The translations under genes and the position numbers were made by a program. The notes beneath the pieces were generated by a model, which saw nothing but the letters and a program-made list of their open reading frames with translations, had not been told where the DNA came from and did not search any database. From a virus, in IMG/VR virus record IMGVR_UViG_3300045988_108122, positions 1 to 42,836 of that record: a stretch of DNA of 42,836 nt. One strand, written 5' to 3'. Shown here in pieces: positions 1 through 6,230 of this stretch. How positions within the stretch are numbered: the first letter of the stretch is position 1; the number at the start of each line of letters is the position of its first letter.

Positions 1-47
1 CCTCCGGAGCCGTGTGCGGTGGTTCGATTCCACTCGGGCGTACCAAT
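1..47 (+). repeat. attL core: 3' portion of a class-II tRNA gene (variable arm, T-arm GGTGG-TTCGATT-CCACT, acceptor CGGGCGT, discriminator A, CCA)
   Basis: This is an exact copy of 42790-42836. The GGTTCGATTCC T-loop signature and the terminal ACCA are visible. The anticodon lies outside the window, so tRNA identity (Leu or Tyr type) is unresolved. Confidence 0.85.
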
Positions 48-55
48 AAAAAACT

Positions 56-102
56 ACCGTCAAAGCCTAGTTTTCAAGGGCTTTGACGGTTTTTATTTTT
101 TG
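56..102 (+). terminator. Intrinsic terminator following the reconstituted tRNA
   Basis: A perfect 12-bp stem, ACCGTCAAAGCC (56-67) with GGCTTTGACGGT (79-90), is followed by TTTTTATTTTTT. Confidence 0.75.
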
Positions 103-160
103 TGAATCATATTTTTGATAGTGCCGTAAGAAGTCGTGAAATGGCATTAAAAAACACTAA

Positions 161-183
161 AGTGCGACCAAAACTGCGACCAC
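161..183. repeat. 23-bp repeat AGTGCGACCAAAACTGCGACCAC, candidate integrase arm-type site (P' side)
   Basis: It is identical to 42719-42741 at the other prophage end. It contains an internal direct repeat, TGCGACCA x2, spaced 12 bp apart. Confidence 0.6.
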
Positions 184-193
184 TTTTGACATA

Positions 194-649
194 TTAATGA
201 TGATGTTTCCCCGCTCTCCACAGATAAAAAACTTTACCTGCTCCAGCATCAGGATCGTTGATGTATGCCTTGGCAAATTTTACATATTGCGCAACATCTT
301 CTCCCCAGAGATTCGAATAATCGCTATGCAACATATTCATTAAATAATACCAGTCATACTTATTGGCATGTACACCATTCTGATCCATAACACGGGTAGT
401 TTCTTCTACTGTCCAATGTTCTCCGGTAGTACCGTCAACATTTTTCATTTCCGAAACGGCCTTTTTAGCAAGGTGTTCATCAAAGTGCGGACCATAAGCT
501 ATACAATGAATTTTCATCATTATAGCTTCGTAATCTTCCTCATCGATGACTTTGATTTTTTCTAATGCACAGCAAACAATATCGTCAACCTGTTCTTCTT
601 TTAATTTGTCACCGTCAATATGCTCTGCATAATGATCGTACTTATGCAT
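194..649 (-). CDS. Conserved phage hypothetical protein (151 aa, acidic, ends KHHH)
   Basis: I trimmed the ORF to the ATG at 649, which has an upstream AAGGACGGTGAAG RBS. The sequence looks protein-like (GPHFDEHLAKKAV, DWYYLMNMLHSDY). I could not assign a function. Confidence 0.7.
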   Translation of the reverse strand: MHKYDHYAEHIDGDKLKEEQVDDIVCCALEKIKVIDEEDYEAIMMKIHCIAYGPHFDEHLAKKAVSEMKNVDGTTGEHWTVEETTRVMDQNGVHANKYDWYYLMNMLHSDYSNLWGEDVAQYVKFAKAYINDPDAGAGKVFYLWRAGKHHH

Positions 650-782
650 TATCTTCACCGTCCTTCTTTTTAGGTTTTTCCGAAAGATTTTCAAGCATTT
701 TCTTTGCAACCTTTTTAGCTATTTCCTGACCTTCTCTACTTGAAAGAAAGGCTATTGTAAAGCCAATCAATAAATTGCCCAT
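642..782 (-). CDS. Small membrane-anchored protein (46 aa), YtxH-like appearance
   Basis: The ATG at 782 has GAGG 9 nt upstream. The product is MGNLLIGFTIAFLSSREGQEIAKKVAKK.... Its stop overlaps the start of the next gene by 8 nt. It falls below the ORF-track length cutoff. Confidence 0.35.
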   Translation of the reverse strand: MGNLLIGFTIAFLSSREGQEIAKKVAKKMLENLSEKPKKKDGEDNA

Positions 783-792
783 TGCCAACGCC

Positions 793-1191
793 TCATTTCT
801 TTAAAGTAACAGACGATGGAGTAACTGTAGGCGGTGTAATTTGTGGCCATACAAAAGCTGTGCAGCAAAGATTATTACTGCGAACCACTGCTAAGGGCGG
901 TTCTGTCATCACACGCAAATTATAAATTTTTCTGCTGCGGATTTGATCTGCTCTTACTCCGTCACCGCAACGGTTAATCATTTGAATTACTGTACCGCCT
1001 GTACCATTTAAAATAACTATCGGCAGTGTATCAGCACCTGCAGGGATTGCCTGGGCAATTAACAAACAAATCTTTTCATTATTATTTATTGTCATCGCTG
1101 GAATTGTAATTTGCAATTCATTAGCAGCAACTGCCACCTCAGTACTGGCAACTAAATTAGGACATACTTTACATCCATTATTTCCACACAT
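793..1191 (-). CDS. Cysteine-rich hypothetical protein (132 aa)
   Basis: The ATG is preceded by an AGGAGATGATAAT RBS. The protein has an N-terminal CGNNGCKVCP motif and CC near the C-terminus. A hairpin terminator sits directly upstream. Confidence 0.7.
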   Translation of the reverse strand: MCGNNGCKVCPNLVASTEVAVAANELQITIPAMTINNNEKICLLIAQAIPAGADTLPIVILNGTGGTVIQMINRCGDGVRADQIRSRKIYNLRVMTEPPLAVVRSNNLCCTAFVWPQITPPTVTPSSVTLKK

Positions 1192-1204
1192 ATTATCATC
1201 TCCT

Positions 1205-1234
1205 ATAAAAAAATAGGGCGGATTTCTCCGCCCT
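1205..1234 (-). terminator. Intrinsic terminator (minus strand) abutting the RBS of 793-1191
   Basis: The stem AGGGCGGA (1215-1222) with TCCGCCCT (1227-1234) has a 4-nt loop. The minus-strand RNA continues with a U-run, which is the A-run 1205-1213 on the plus strand. Confidence 0.7.
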
Positions 1235-1273
1235 GTATCACGTCTTACGACGGAGCCTTACTTTTAAACCCCT

Positions 1274-1780
1274 TTAAACCATGTTGCAACCGCCGTTCAA
1301 GCTATTAATGCCCAAACCATTGATAATGCCGGCATTCGGGCAAACTGCGCCAATACCAGTAACCTCAGGTTTCGGAAGCATACGGCAAGAGATAGAAGCC
1401 AGTTGAGCTTCTACAGCGTTGAATTTAGCATCACTGTATACGCGGTTTTCCAGAACGACATTTTTCGTACGTTCCTGAGCAAGTTGATCACGCAGGTTTT
1501 GATACTCATAAAAGTCAATCTTCGTACCGAGTGCAGAGAAGCCAGCCATAGTTTGCTCTTGGGTTTGACGAGCAGTATTCTCAATCAAATATTGAGTACG
1601 CGCGCTGTCGATGATTCCCTGTTTTTCTACCTGGCAATTAGATACAGCATTGCAACCATATGCAGGAGCAGCACCGTTATTGTTCCAACCACCACGATTG
1701 CCTAAAAAAGCAGCAAACAGGATAATCAAGAAGATAGCAATCCCCCAAGTGTTAAAACCGCCATAATATTTTTCGTCCAT
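1274..1780 (-). CDS. N-terminally membrane-anchored coiled-coil protein (168 aa), function unknown
   Basis: The ATG at 1780 has an AAGGAG RBS 10 nt upstream. There is one TM segment (WGIAIFLIILFAAFL), then a Q/E-rich helical region and a Cys-containing C-terminus. Confidence 0.7.
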   Translation of the reverse strand: MDEKYYGGFNTWGIAIFLIILFAAFLGNRGGWNNNGAAPAYGCNAVSNCQVEKQGIIDSARTQYLIENTARQTQEQTMAGFSALGTKIDFYEYQNLRDQLAQERTKNVVLENRVYSDAKFNAVEAQLASISCRMLPKPEVTGIGAVCPNAGIINGLGINSLNGGCNMV

Positions 1781-1818
1781 CTGCAAACAACTCCTTTCTT
1801 GATATTTTATTTATCACA

Positions 1819-2184
1819 TCAGCGTTTAAGCTGTTGTAACCCTGCACGTAACCTTGCTAAATTATCATTTGGCTGTTGCCCTTGATTAATATCAGGCTGA
1901 ACAGTTCCGCCGGTTCCCTGTAAATCACCGACTATATTTTTTACTTTGTTAAGATCTACACCAGCAGCCTTAGCAATAAATCCAGCCATAGGATTATTTA
2001 AATATCCATTGACCTTAGTAACAATGTCTGAACTAACACCATTCTTAGCCAAAGCGTTTAGCGCATCACCCTTACTATTAACCTTGTTCGCTACATTCAT
2101 CGCCGTCGCCCATGCTTCCGCAAGGCGGTTCGTGTCCTGCTGGTTTAGTCTCAGCATTTGTGCTACAGCTTGTGGATTGATCAT
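1819..2184 (-). CDS. Hypothetical protein (121 aa)
   Basis: The ATG at 2184 has a GAGGTG RBS. The composition is helical and Ala/Asn-rich. This start lies inside the 3' end of the upstream ORF. Confidence 0.6.
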   Translation of the reverse strand: MINPQAVAQMLRLNQQDTNRLAEAWATAMNVANKVNSKGDALNALAKNGVSSDIVTKVNGYLNNPMAGFIAKAAGVDLNKVKNIVGDLQGTGGTVQPDINQGQQPNDNLARLRAGLQQLKR

Positions 2185-2500
2185 TTTTAAGCACCTCGAT
2201 TTCACGCTTCATATTCTGCATTTCTTTCAGCATATCTGCCATAAGTTCCGTTTGCTCCTGCATCTGCTGTTCTGGTGTTTTAGGTTGGGTAATTACTTTA
2301 AGTTCAACAAGCTTGTTATAATATTCATTACTGATTTTTTCTAACTCATCATACGCATTTTGAGTAACTCCAATCTTCTGCCTGTTCCCATAAAAATCAA
2401 CCTGAATAATATTTGTTCCATCTACAATGCAAGTCATCGTTTGTGGATATGTAGTAAGTACAGAACTGCTTGTAATTCCTAAATTCATATTGCCACTCAT
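2078..2500 (-). CDS. Hypothetical protein (140 aa) with a coiled-coil C-terminal half
   Basis: The ATG at 2500 has an ACGGAGG RBS. The last 107 nt overlap the next gene out of frame. Confidence 0.6.
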   Translation of the reverse strand: MSGNMNLGITSSSVLTTYPQTMTCIVDGTNIIQVDFYGNRQKIGVTQNAYDELEKISNEYYNKLVELKVITQPKTPEQQMQEQTELMADMLKEMQNMKREIEVLKNDQSTSCSTNAETKPAGHEPPCGSMGDGDECSEQG

Positions 2501-2595
2501 AGTCTTGCCTCCGTTCATTTATCTTAACTATATTATCCGTTAAATCAGCTCTTATAATCCGTCAACATTCCCTCATAATTCCCTAATATAGGCAT

Positions 2596-2633
2596 AAAAA
2601 ATAAGGCAGCCACAACTATTATGTGACTGCCTT
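2596..2633 (-). terminator. Intrinsic terminator (minus strand) overlapping the stop of 2619-2861
   Basis: An 11-bp stem pairs 2603-2613 with 2623-2633. Its single mismatch is C.A on the plus strand but a G.U wobble on the minus-strand RNA. A U-run follows on the minus strand. Confidence 0.6.
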
Positions 2634-2861
2634 TAATGCTCTCTTAACTGAATTATACGCCTGCTGCAGATCTCTTTCGACCGTTTGCACTGACGTATCT
2701 ATTTTCATTGCTATTTGATAGTTTTTAAGATCGTGAATAAATTTGAGTTCTATAATTTCTATTTGCCGCGGCGTTAGTTTGGCTTCTGAAATGATTGCTT
2801 CAAATTCCTTTCGTGTGGACTGCGAAAGCCAATCTCTTGCCTGCAAACGGCAAGTATCCAT
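2619..2861 (-). CDS. Small sigma-70 region-4-like / HTH transcriptional regulator (80 aa)
   Basis: LTPRQIEIIELKFIHDLKNYQIAMKIDTSVQTVERDLQQA resembles the region-4 HTH of sigma and LuxR-type proteins. Confidence 0.6.
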   Translation of the reverse strand: MDTCRLQARDWLSQSTRKEFEAIISEAKLTPRQIEIIELKFIHDLKNYQIAMKIDTSVQTVERDLQQAYNSVKRALKAVT

Positions 2862-2865
2862 ATAA

Positions 2866-3327
2866 TCACCTGCTCGCTGCTATAGCTCCTACTAATACCC
2901 CTCCTGCAAATCCCCAAAAGGCCTTCTGTCTCTGCTTTAATTCACTTCTTGACTTTTCTTGTTTTATTTGAGAGCTCAACGTCTGCAAGGATTTGTTTTG
3001 CTCTGCTATTGTTTTTTTGGAGTTCGACAATGATTCCTGCGCAAGCATTAGCTCGCTCCTTATCTTCTGATAAGATAAACGCTGCTCTTCGATTAGCTTC
3101 TTCAGCTCGTTCGAGTTCATCTGCTGCAGTTCCAACGTGTTCGATAGCCCTATCAACAGATTTTCCTGTCTGTTTATTATCGTCTGCAATTCGTTGAACT
3201 GTTCCCTGGACATCATTATTGTTTCCGGAAGTTCCTCCGCAAAACAATTCAAAGAAAATGATAAGCACAGCAATAAGGGCAAAACTAATAATAAGATACT
3301 TGCTATACCTGATTTGTTTTTCTTCAT
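2866..3327 (-). CDS. Alternative-frame ORF (frame B): signal-peptide-like N-terminus, heptad coiled coil, C-terminal Gly/Ala TM. Possibly only the 60-aa product 2866-3048 is real.
   Basis: The ATG at 3327 is 4 nt from the frame-A GTG. An internal ATG at 3048 has a perfect AAGGAG-N7 RBS. The 3' tail 2866-2941, which is unique to this frame, has coding-like G-rich first positions and encodes AFWGFAGGVLVGAIAASR. Confidence 0.35.
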   Translation of the reverse strand: MKKNKSGIASILLLVLPLLLCLSFSLNCFAEELPETIMMSREQFNELQTIINRQENLLIGLSNTLELQQMNSNELKKLIEEQRLSYQKIRSELMLAQESLSNSKKTIAEQNKSLQTLSSQIKQEKSRSELKQRQKAFWGFAGGVLVGAIAASR

Positions 3328-3331
3328 TCAC
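2942..3331 (-). CDS. N-terminal TM plus coiled-coil protein (frame A; i-spanin-like topology)
   Basis: The GTG at 3331 lies 7 nt after GAAGGG. A TTG at 3349 is also possible. There is one TM (YLIISFALIAVLIIFFELF), then a helical charged domain. The first codon position is strongly G-rich, which is typical of a true reading frame. Confidence 0.6.
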   Translation of the reverse strand: MNEEKQIRYSKYLIISFALIAVLIIFFELFCGGTSGNNNDVQGTVQRIADDNKQTGKSVDRAIEHVGTAADELERAEEANRRAAFILSEDKERANACAGIIVELQKNNSRAKQILADVELSNKTRKVKK

Positions 3332-3492
3332 TTTCTGCCCTTCTTTCAAATTAAATTCTATTTCATTATCATTAAGATAGTTCTATTTTCAATATAATCA
3401 ACCTGTGCGCCGTTTTCTATACTCCCACTTAGATTTTCTAGTGTTTTAGAGATAAAACAACGCACAGGCTAATTCTGTGGCTGGGTTTTATC

Positions 3493-3573
3493 TTACAGAT
3501 TGTAATAAGTAATGCACCCTACCAGAATCGCAAGAGCAATACCAGCCCAAATCAAAATACACTGTTTTTCCAT
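3493..3573 (-). CDS. 26-aa hydrophobic peptide with a lipobox-like LVGC
   Basis: A GGAGGTGA RBS lies 5 nt before the ATG, immediately downstream of the endolysin stop. The product is MEKQCILIWAGIALAILVGCITYYNL. Confidence 0.4.
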   Translation of the reverse strand: MEKQCILIWAGIALAILVGCITYYNL

Positions 3574-3597
3574 ATTAGTCACCTCCTTATACAATCT

Positions 3598-4143
3598 TTA
3601 CCAATTATGATGCCACCAGATAGCCTTACCGCGAATAACATCACCGCCTGGTTTCAGTTCTCCGTCGCCTGGCACATCTGGCAATTTCCACAAGTCCCAG
3701 CGTTCAAAAGTAGTTGCCGGGCCATAGTCGTCTAAGTCTGCTGCTTCTGCATGTGTCATTACGATATCGGCATTAATGTCCAATTCAAGTTCCTCACACA
3801 GTACAGCTACAACTTTCGCCATACTATCTATCTGTAACTCTGTCGGTGGCACGTTGCCAAAGTCGATATGCCCATCAGCATAGGCTACAGCATCTACACA
3901 GCACGCTAAAGCAATACCAATAGCTCTAGAATTGCGCCGCCATGTATGAGCCTTATATTCAGTTAAATCATCGGTTGTCGCCATAACAGCGCCGTCGCTG
4001 TCAATGTTTAGGTGATAGTCACTAAAAAACTGGTGATAATTACCAGCTGACCAATGTAGATAGATCTTATCAATATTACCTCTAGCCCTTGCTGCTAACT
4101 GCCGTAGCTCATCTAAAGTGATTCTTTTTGTTACTGCCCCCAT
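3598..4143 (-). CDS. Endolysin, N-acetylmuramoyl-L-alanine amidase (Amidase_2/PGRP-like), single domain
   Basis: The ATG at 4143 has an AGGAGG RBS. The motifs IYLHWSAG, HTWRRNSRAIGIAL and VMTHAEAADLD resemble T7-lysozyme-type amidases. No cell-wall-binding domain is evident. Confidence 0.8.
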   Translation of the reverse strand: MGAVTKRITLDELRQLAARARGNIDKIYLHWSAGNYHQFFSDYHLNIDSDGAVMATTDDLTEYKAHTWRRNSRAIGIALACCVDAVAYADGHIDFGNVPPTELQIDSMAKVVAVLCEELELDINADIVMTHAEAADLDDYGPATTFERWDLWKLPDVPGDGELKPGGDVIRGKAIWWHHNW

Positions 4144-4456
4144 TATTCTCTGCCTCCTGTTCAAATTTATCAGGGACACCGTCCCCGTTTTTATCTACTA
4201 AACTCGTAGCTATGAAAGTGACAAATGCAACCATAGCCGGTCCTATAACCTCTCTTATCAGTGCTAGAAGATCAGACATAACAATCTTATCCAACCACAA
4301 CCACATATACATCCACGCAGCGTAATAGGTCAGTACCAGCAAAACGACTGCAATAAAATAGCCTACAATGACAGCCATTATTTTTGGCGACATTGAGGCT
4401 ACTTTGTTTCTGGCACTCACTATTAAGTTTTTTATTTTCTCAAACATAAATATCAC
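4109..4456 (-). CDS. Holin-like membrane protein (2 TM, charged C-terminus)
   Basis: The call rests on hydrophobic segments, a charged tail and its position directly upstream of, and overlapping, the endolysin. The start is ambiguous: GTG at 4456 or ATG at 4447. Confidence 0.65.
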   Translation of the reverse strand: MIFMFEKIKNLIVSARNKVASMSPKIMAVIVGYFIAVVLLVLTYYAAWMYMWLWLDKIVMSDLLALIREVIGPAMVAFVTFIATSLVDKNGDGVPDKFEQEAENNGGSNKKNHFR

Positions 4457-4752
4457 TTATCCTTACATGAACAGTTATTACATTTGTTTTCTACCAGCAA
4501 TAACCGTTCACCAACTTCGTCAATTCTGTTATGTGCAGATTTTGCCCTCTGATCAATCTCAGCAAATTTTATTTTTAAATCTGTTGTACGTTCTTGCTCC
4601 CTATTAATAGTCTTAGCTAAAGCGTCAACAGTCTTTTGCAGGTTCTCTATCGCCGTAGACAAAGGATTTATTATCCAAATCTTAAATACAAAACCTACTA
4701 TGCCAAATAAAAAGCTAAAGATTGTTATTGAGGCCATTGCCATTTCAACCAT
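4453..4752 (-). CDS. N-terminal TM plus coiled-coil lysis-cassette protein (99 aa)
   Basis: It has a TM (ITIFSFLFGIVGFVFKIWII), a coiled coil and a Cys-rich tail (CNNCSC). Its GTGA stop/start overlap couples it to the holin gene. Confidence 0.65.
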   Translation of the reverse strand: MVEMAMASITIFSFLFGIVGFVFKIWIINPLSTAIENLQKTVDALAKTINREQERTTDLKIKFAEIDQRAKSAHNRIDEVGERLLLVENKCNNCSCKDK

Positions 4753-4763
4753 CTTTGCACCGC

Positions 4764-5357
4764 CTAATCTAATATAATAGCGTCCAAATCCTCTTTGCTT
4801 AACGCCGCCTCTACTTGTGCCTGTTTAATCCATCCTTGCTGCTTGCAAGCACCTATATGAGACGATAAATCAGCACACCAGGTATATACCTGAGTAGCGT
4901 TAAGATACTGTATTGTTTTTTCAGTTTCCCCTTCTTTATAGCCCCGGACTGGACATCCTAACGGATATTCGTTTGCAAAACGTTCTGTGCTGACATTCAG
5001 TGCAATTCCCTGCATCGTAAGCTGAGTATCTCTGTCGCTATCATACCTCACAGGGCTACCGGTGCATCGAGAAGTAAACCCGCCAGTAATTTTATCTGCT
5101 GTCCATGCGTTAACAAGTTCAAGCTTTTGGGCCTTTAACTCTTCAAATGTATATTCTTCGTTAAGCGGTGGCGTTAAAACAAGCCCTACGCCTTCTTTGA
5201 AACTAACTAAATAACCTACTTCGCAGTCTAAACCTGTTACATCAATCCAATAGGTAGACGGATCGAAAATAGTAGGTAACTGCTCCATTGTTAAATTAGT
5301 TTCATAAATATAAATTATCTTGCCGTACAATGGTTGTGCAAAACGATTTTTAGACAT
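4764..5357 (-). CDS. Tail-fibre-associated protein (DUF4376-like C-terminal region)
   Basis: It sits after the fibre genes. ELVNAWTADKITGGF...YDSDRDTQLTMQG is reminiscent of DUF4376 fibre-accessory proteins. Confidence 0.55.
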   Translation of the reverse strand: MSKNRFAQPLYGKIIYIYETNLTMEQLPTIFDPSTYWIDVTGLDCEVGYLVSFKEGVGLVLTPPLNEEYTFEELKAQKLELVNAWTADKITGGFTSRCTGSPVRYDSDRDTQLTMQGIALNVSTERFANEYPLGCPVRGYKEGETEKTIQYLNATQVYTWCADLSSHIGACKQQGWIKQAQVEAALSKEDLDAIILD

Positions 5358-6226
5358 TAAATATCACCTCCAAAAGCAATTAGTAAGAACCCCGACTTTG
5401 CAGGGTAGCTAGTTCTTTGGTATGCAGTCCATTTTGGATTATAATTATTAGCAGCCGTCCCTACTACAACAGAATATGTAGATCCAGCAGTTACATTAAA
5501 ATAACCGGTATTGTATCCACCAGAACCACCACCCGCATTAACAATAAACTCACCCGTCTCGCTAGAATTATGCGAAGATGTGAAAGCATAACCGCCGTTC
5601 CCATAACCGCCTGCAGAAATGGTTCTACTAAAGCTCAAAGAGAAGCCTGAACCACCCGACGAAGTAAGTTTTGTATGGTCATACCCAACATAATAAACAT
5701 AATTACCAGCATTACCATTAGGCGAACCACCTAACCCACCATAAGAATTAGTAACGTCCGAAGCTGTATGGCAATATACGCTTCCACCACTGCCACCAGC
5801 AGCCGAAATCAGCGAACCAAAAGTTGAGTTGCTACCTGTGTTAGCAGTATAATGATAGGCATTTCTATCGTCAGTGTCTTTGGACATATAGCAACAACCA
5901 CCACCGCCGCCGCAACAAGCAACCCGTATGCGAGTTACACCTGCTGGAACAGTAAAGGTATATGTTCCTGGCGTTGTCCATGACATCTCGGTATAAGCTG
6001 GTTTGCCACTGTTCAATATAGCCCTTTCTGCGGCTGTACTGCTTTTCTTGATCTTTCCCACAATCGCCCTGCTGTCTGCCGGGTCGCCAACGGCAACATA
6101 ACACTTTACGCCGTCGATTTTGTTTTCAATATACTCAGCCCCAGCCTCGGCCGTTGTTGAGTAAGCCTTTGCAATTTGTTGCACGCCATCTTTTTTAAAA
6201 TTCAATTTCTTTGCTAATTCTGCCAT
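5357..6226 (-). CDS. Glycine-rich-domain tail fibre/receptor-binding candidate (289 aa)
   Basis: The motif WTTPGTYTFTVPAGVTRIRVACCGGGGG is followed by GGSGG-rich repeats. The same domain signature occurs inside the 940-aa tail protein. Confidence 0.65.
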   Translation of the reverse strand: MAELAKKLNFKKDGVQQIAKAYSTTAEAGAEYIENKIDGVKCYVAVGDPADSRAIVGKIKKSSTAAERAILNSGKPAYTEMSWTTPGTYTFTVPAGVTRIRVACCGGGGGCCYMSKDTDDRNAYHYTANTGSNSTFGSLISAAGGSGGSVYCHTASDVTNSYGGLGGSPNGNAGNYVYYVGYDHTKLTSSGGSGFSLSFSRTISAGGYGNGGYAFTSSHNSSETGEFIVNAGGGSGGYNTGYFNVTAGSTYSVVVGTAANNYNPKWTAYQRTSYPAKSGFLLIAFGGDI

Positions 6227-6230
6227 AATA

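Noticed and set aside
2866-3327. Classic Rz/Rz1 two-component spanin call
   Set aside because: Neither LLLC nor SLNC in frame B matches the lipobox consensus, and frame B is as long as frame A rather than being a short embedded lipoprotein. The locus is reported only as spanin-like topology that needs testing.
3403-3498. Inverted CCTGTGCG / CGCACAGG motifs and a long AGATAAAAC...GTTTTATCT hairpin after the 26-aa ORF, considered as a terminator or riboswitch
   Set aside because: No U-run follows on either strand and I recognised no known riboswitch signature. The pairing is visible but too ambiguous to call without folding and conservation analysis.
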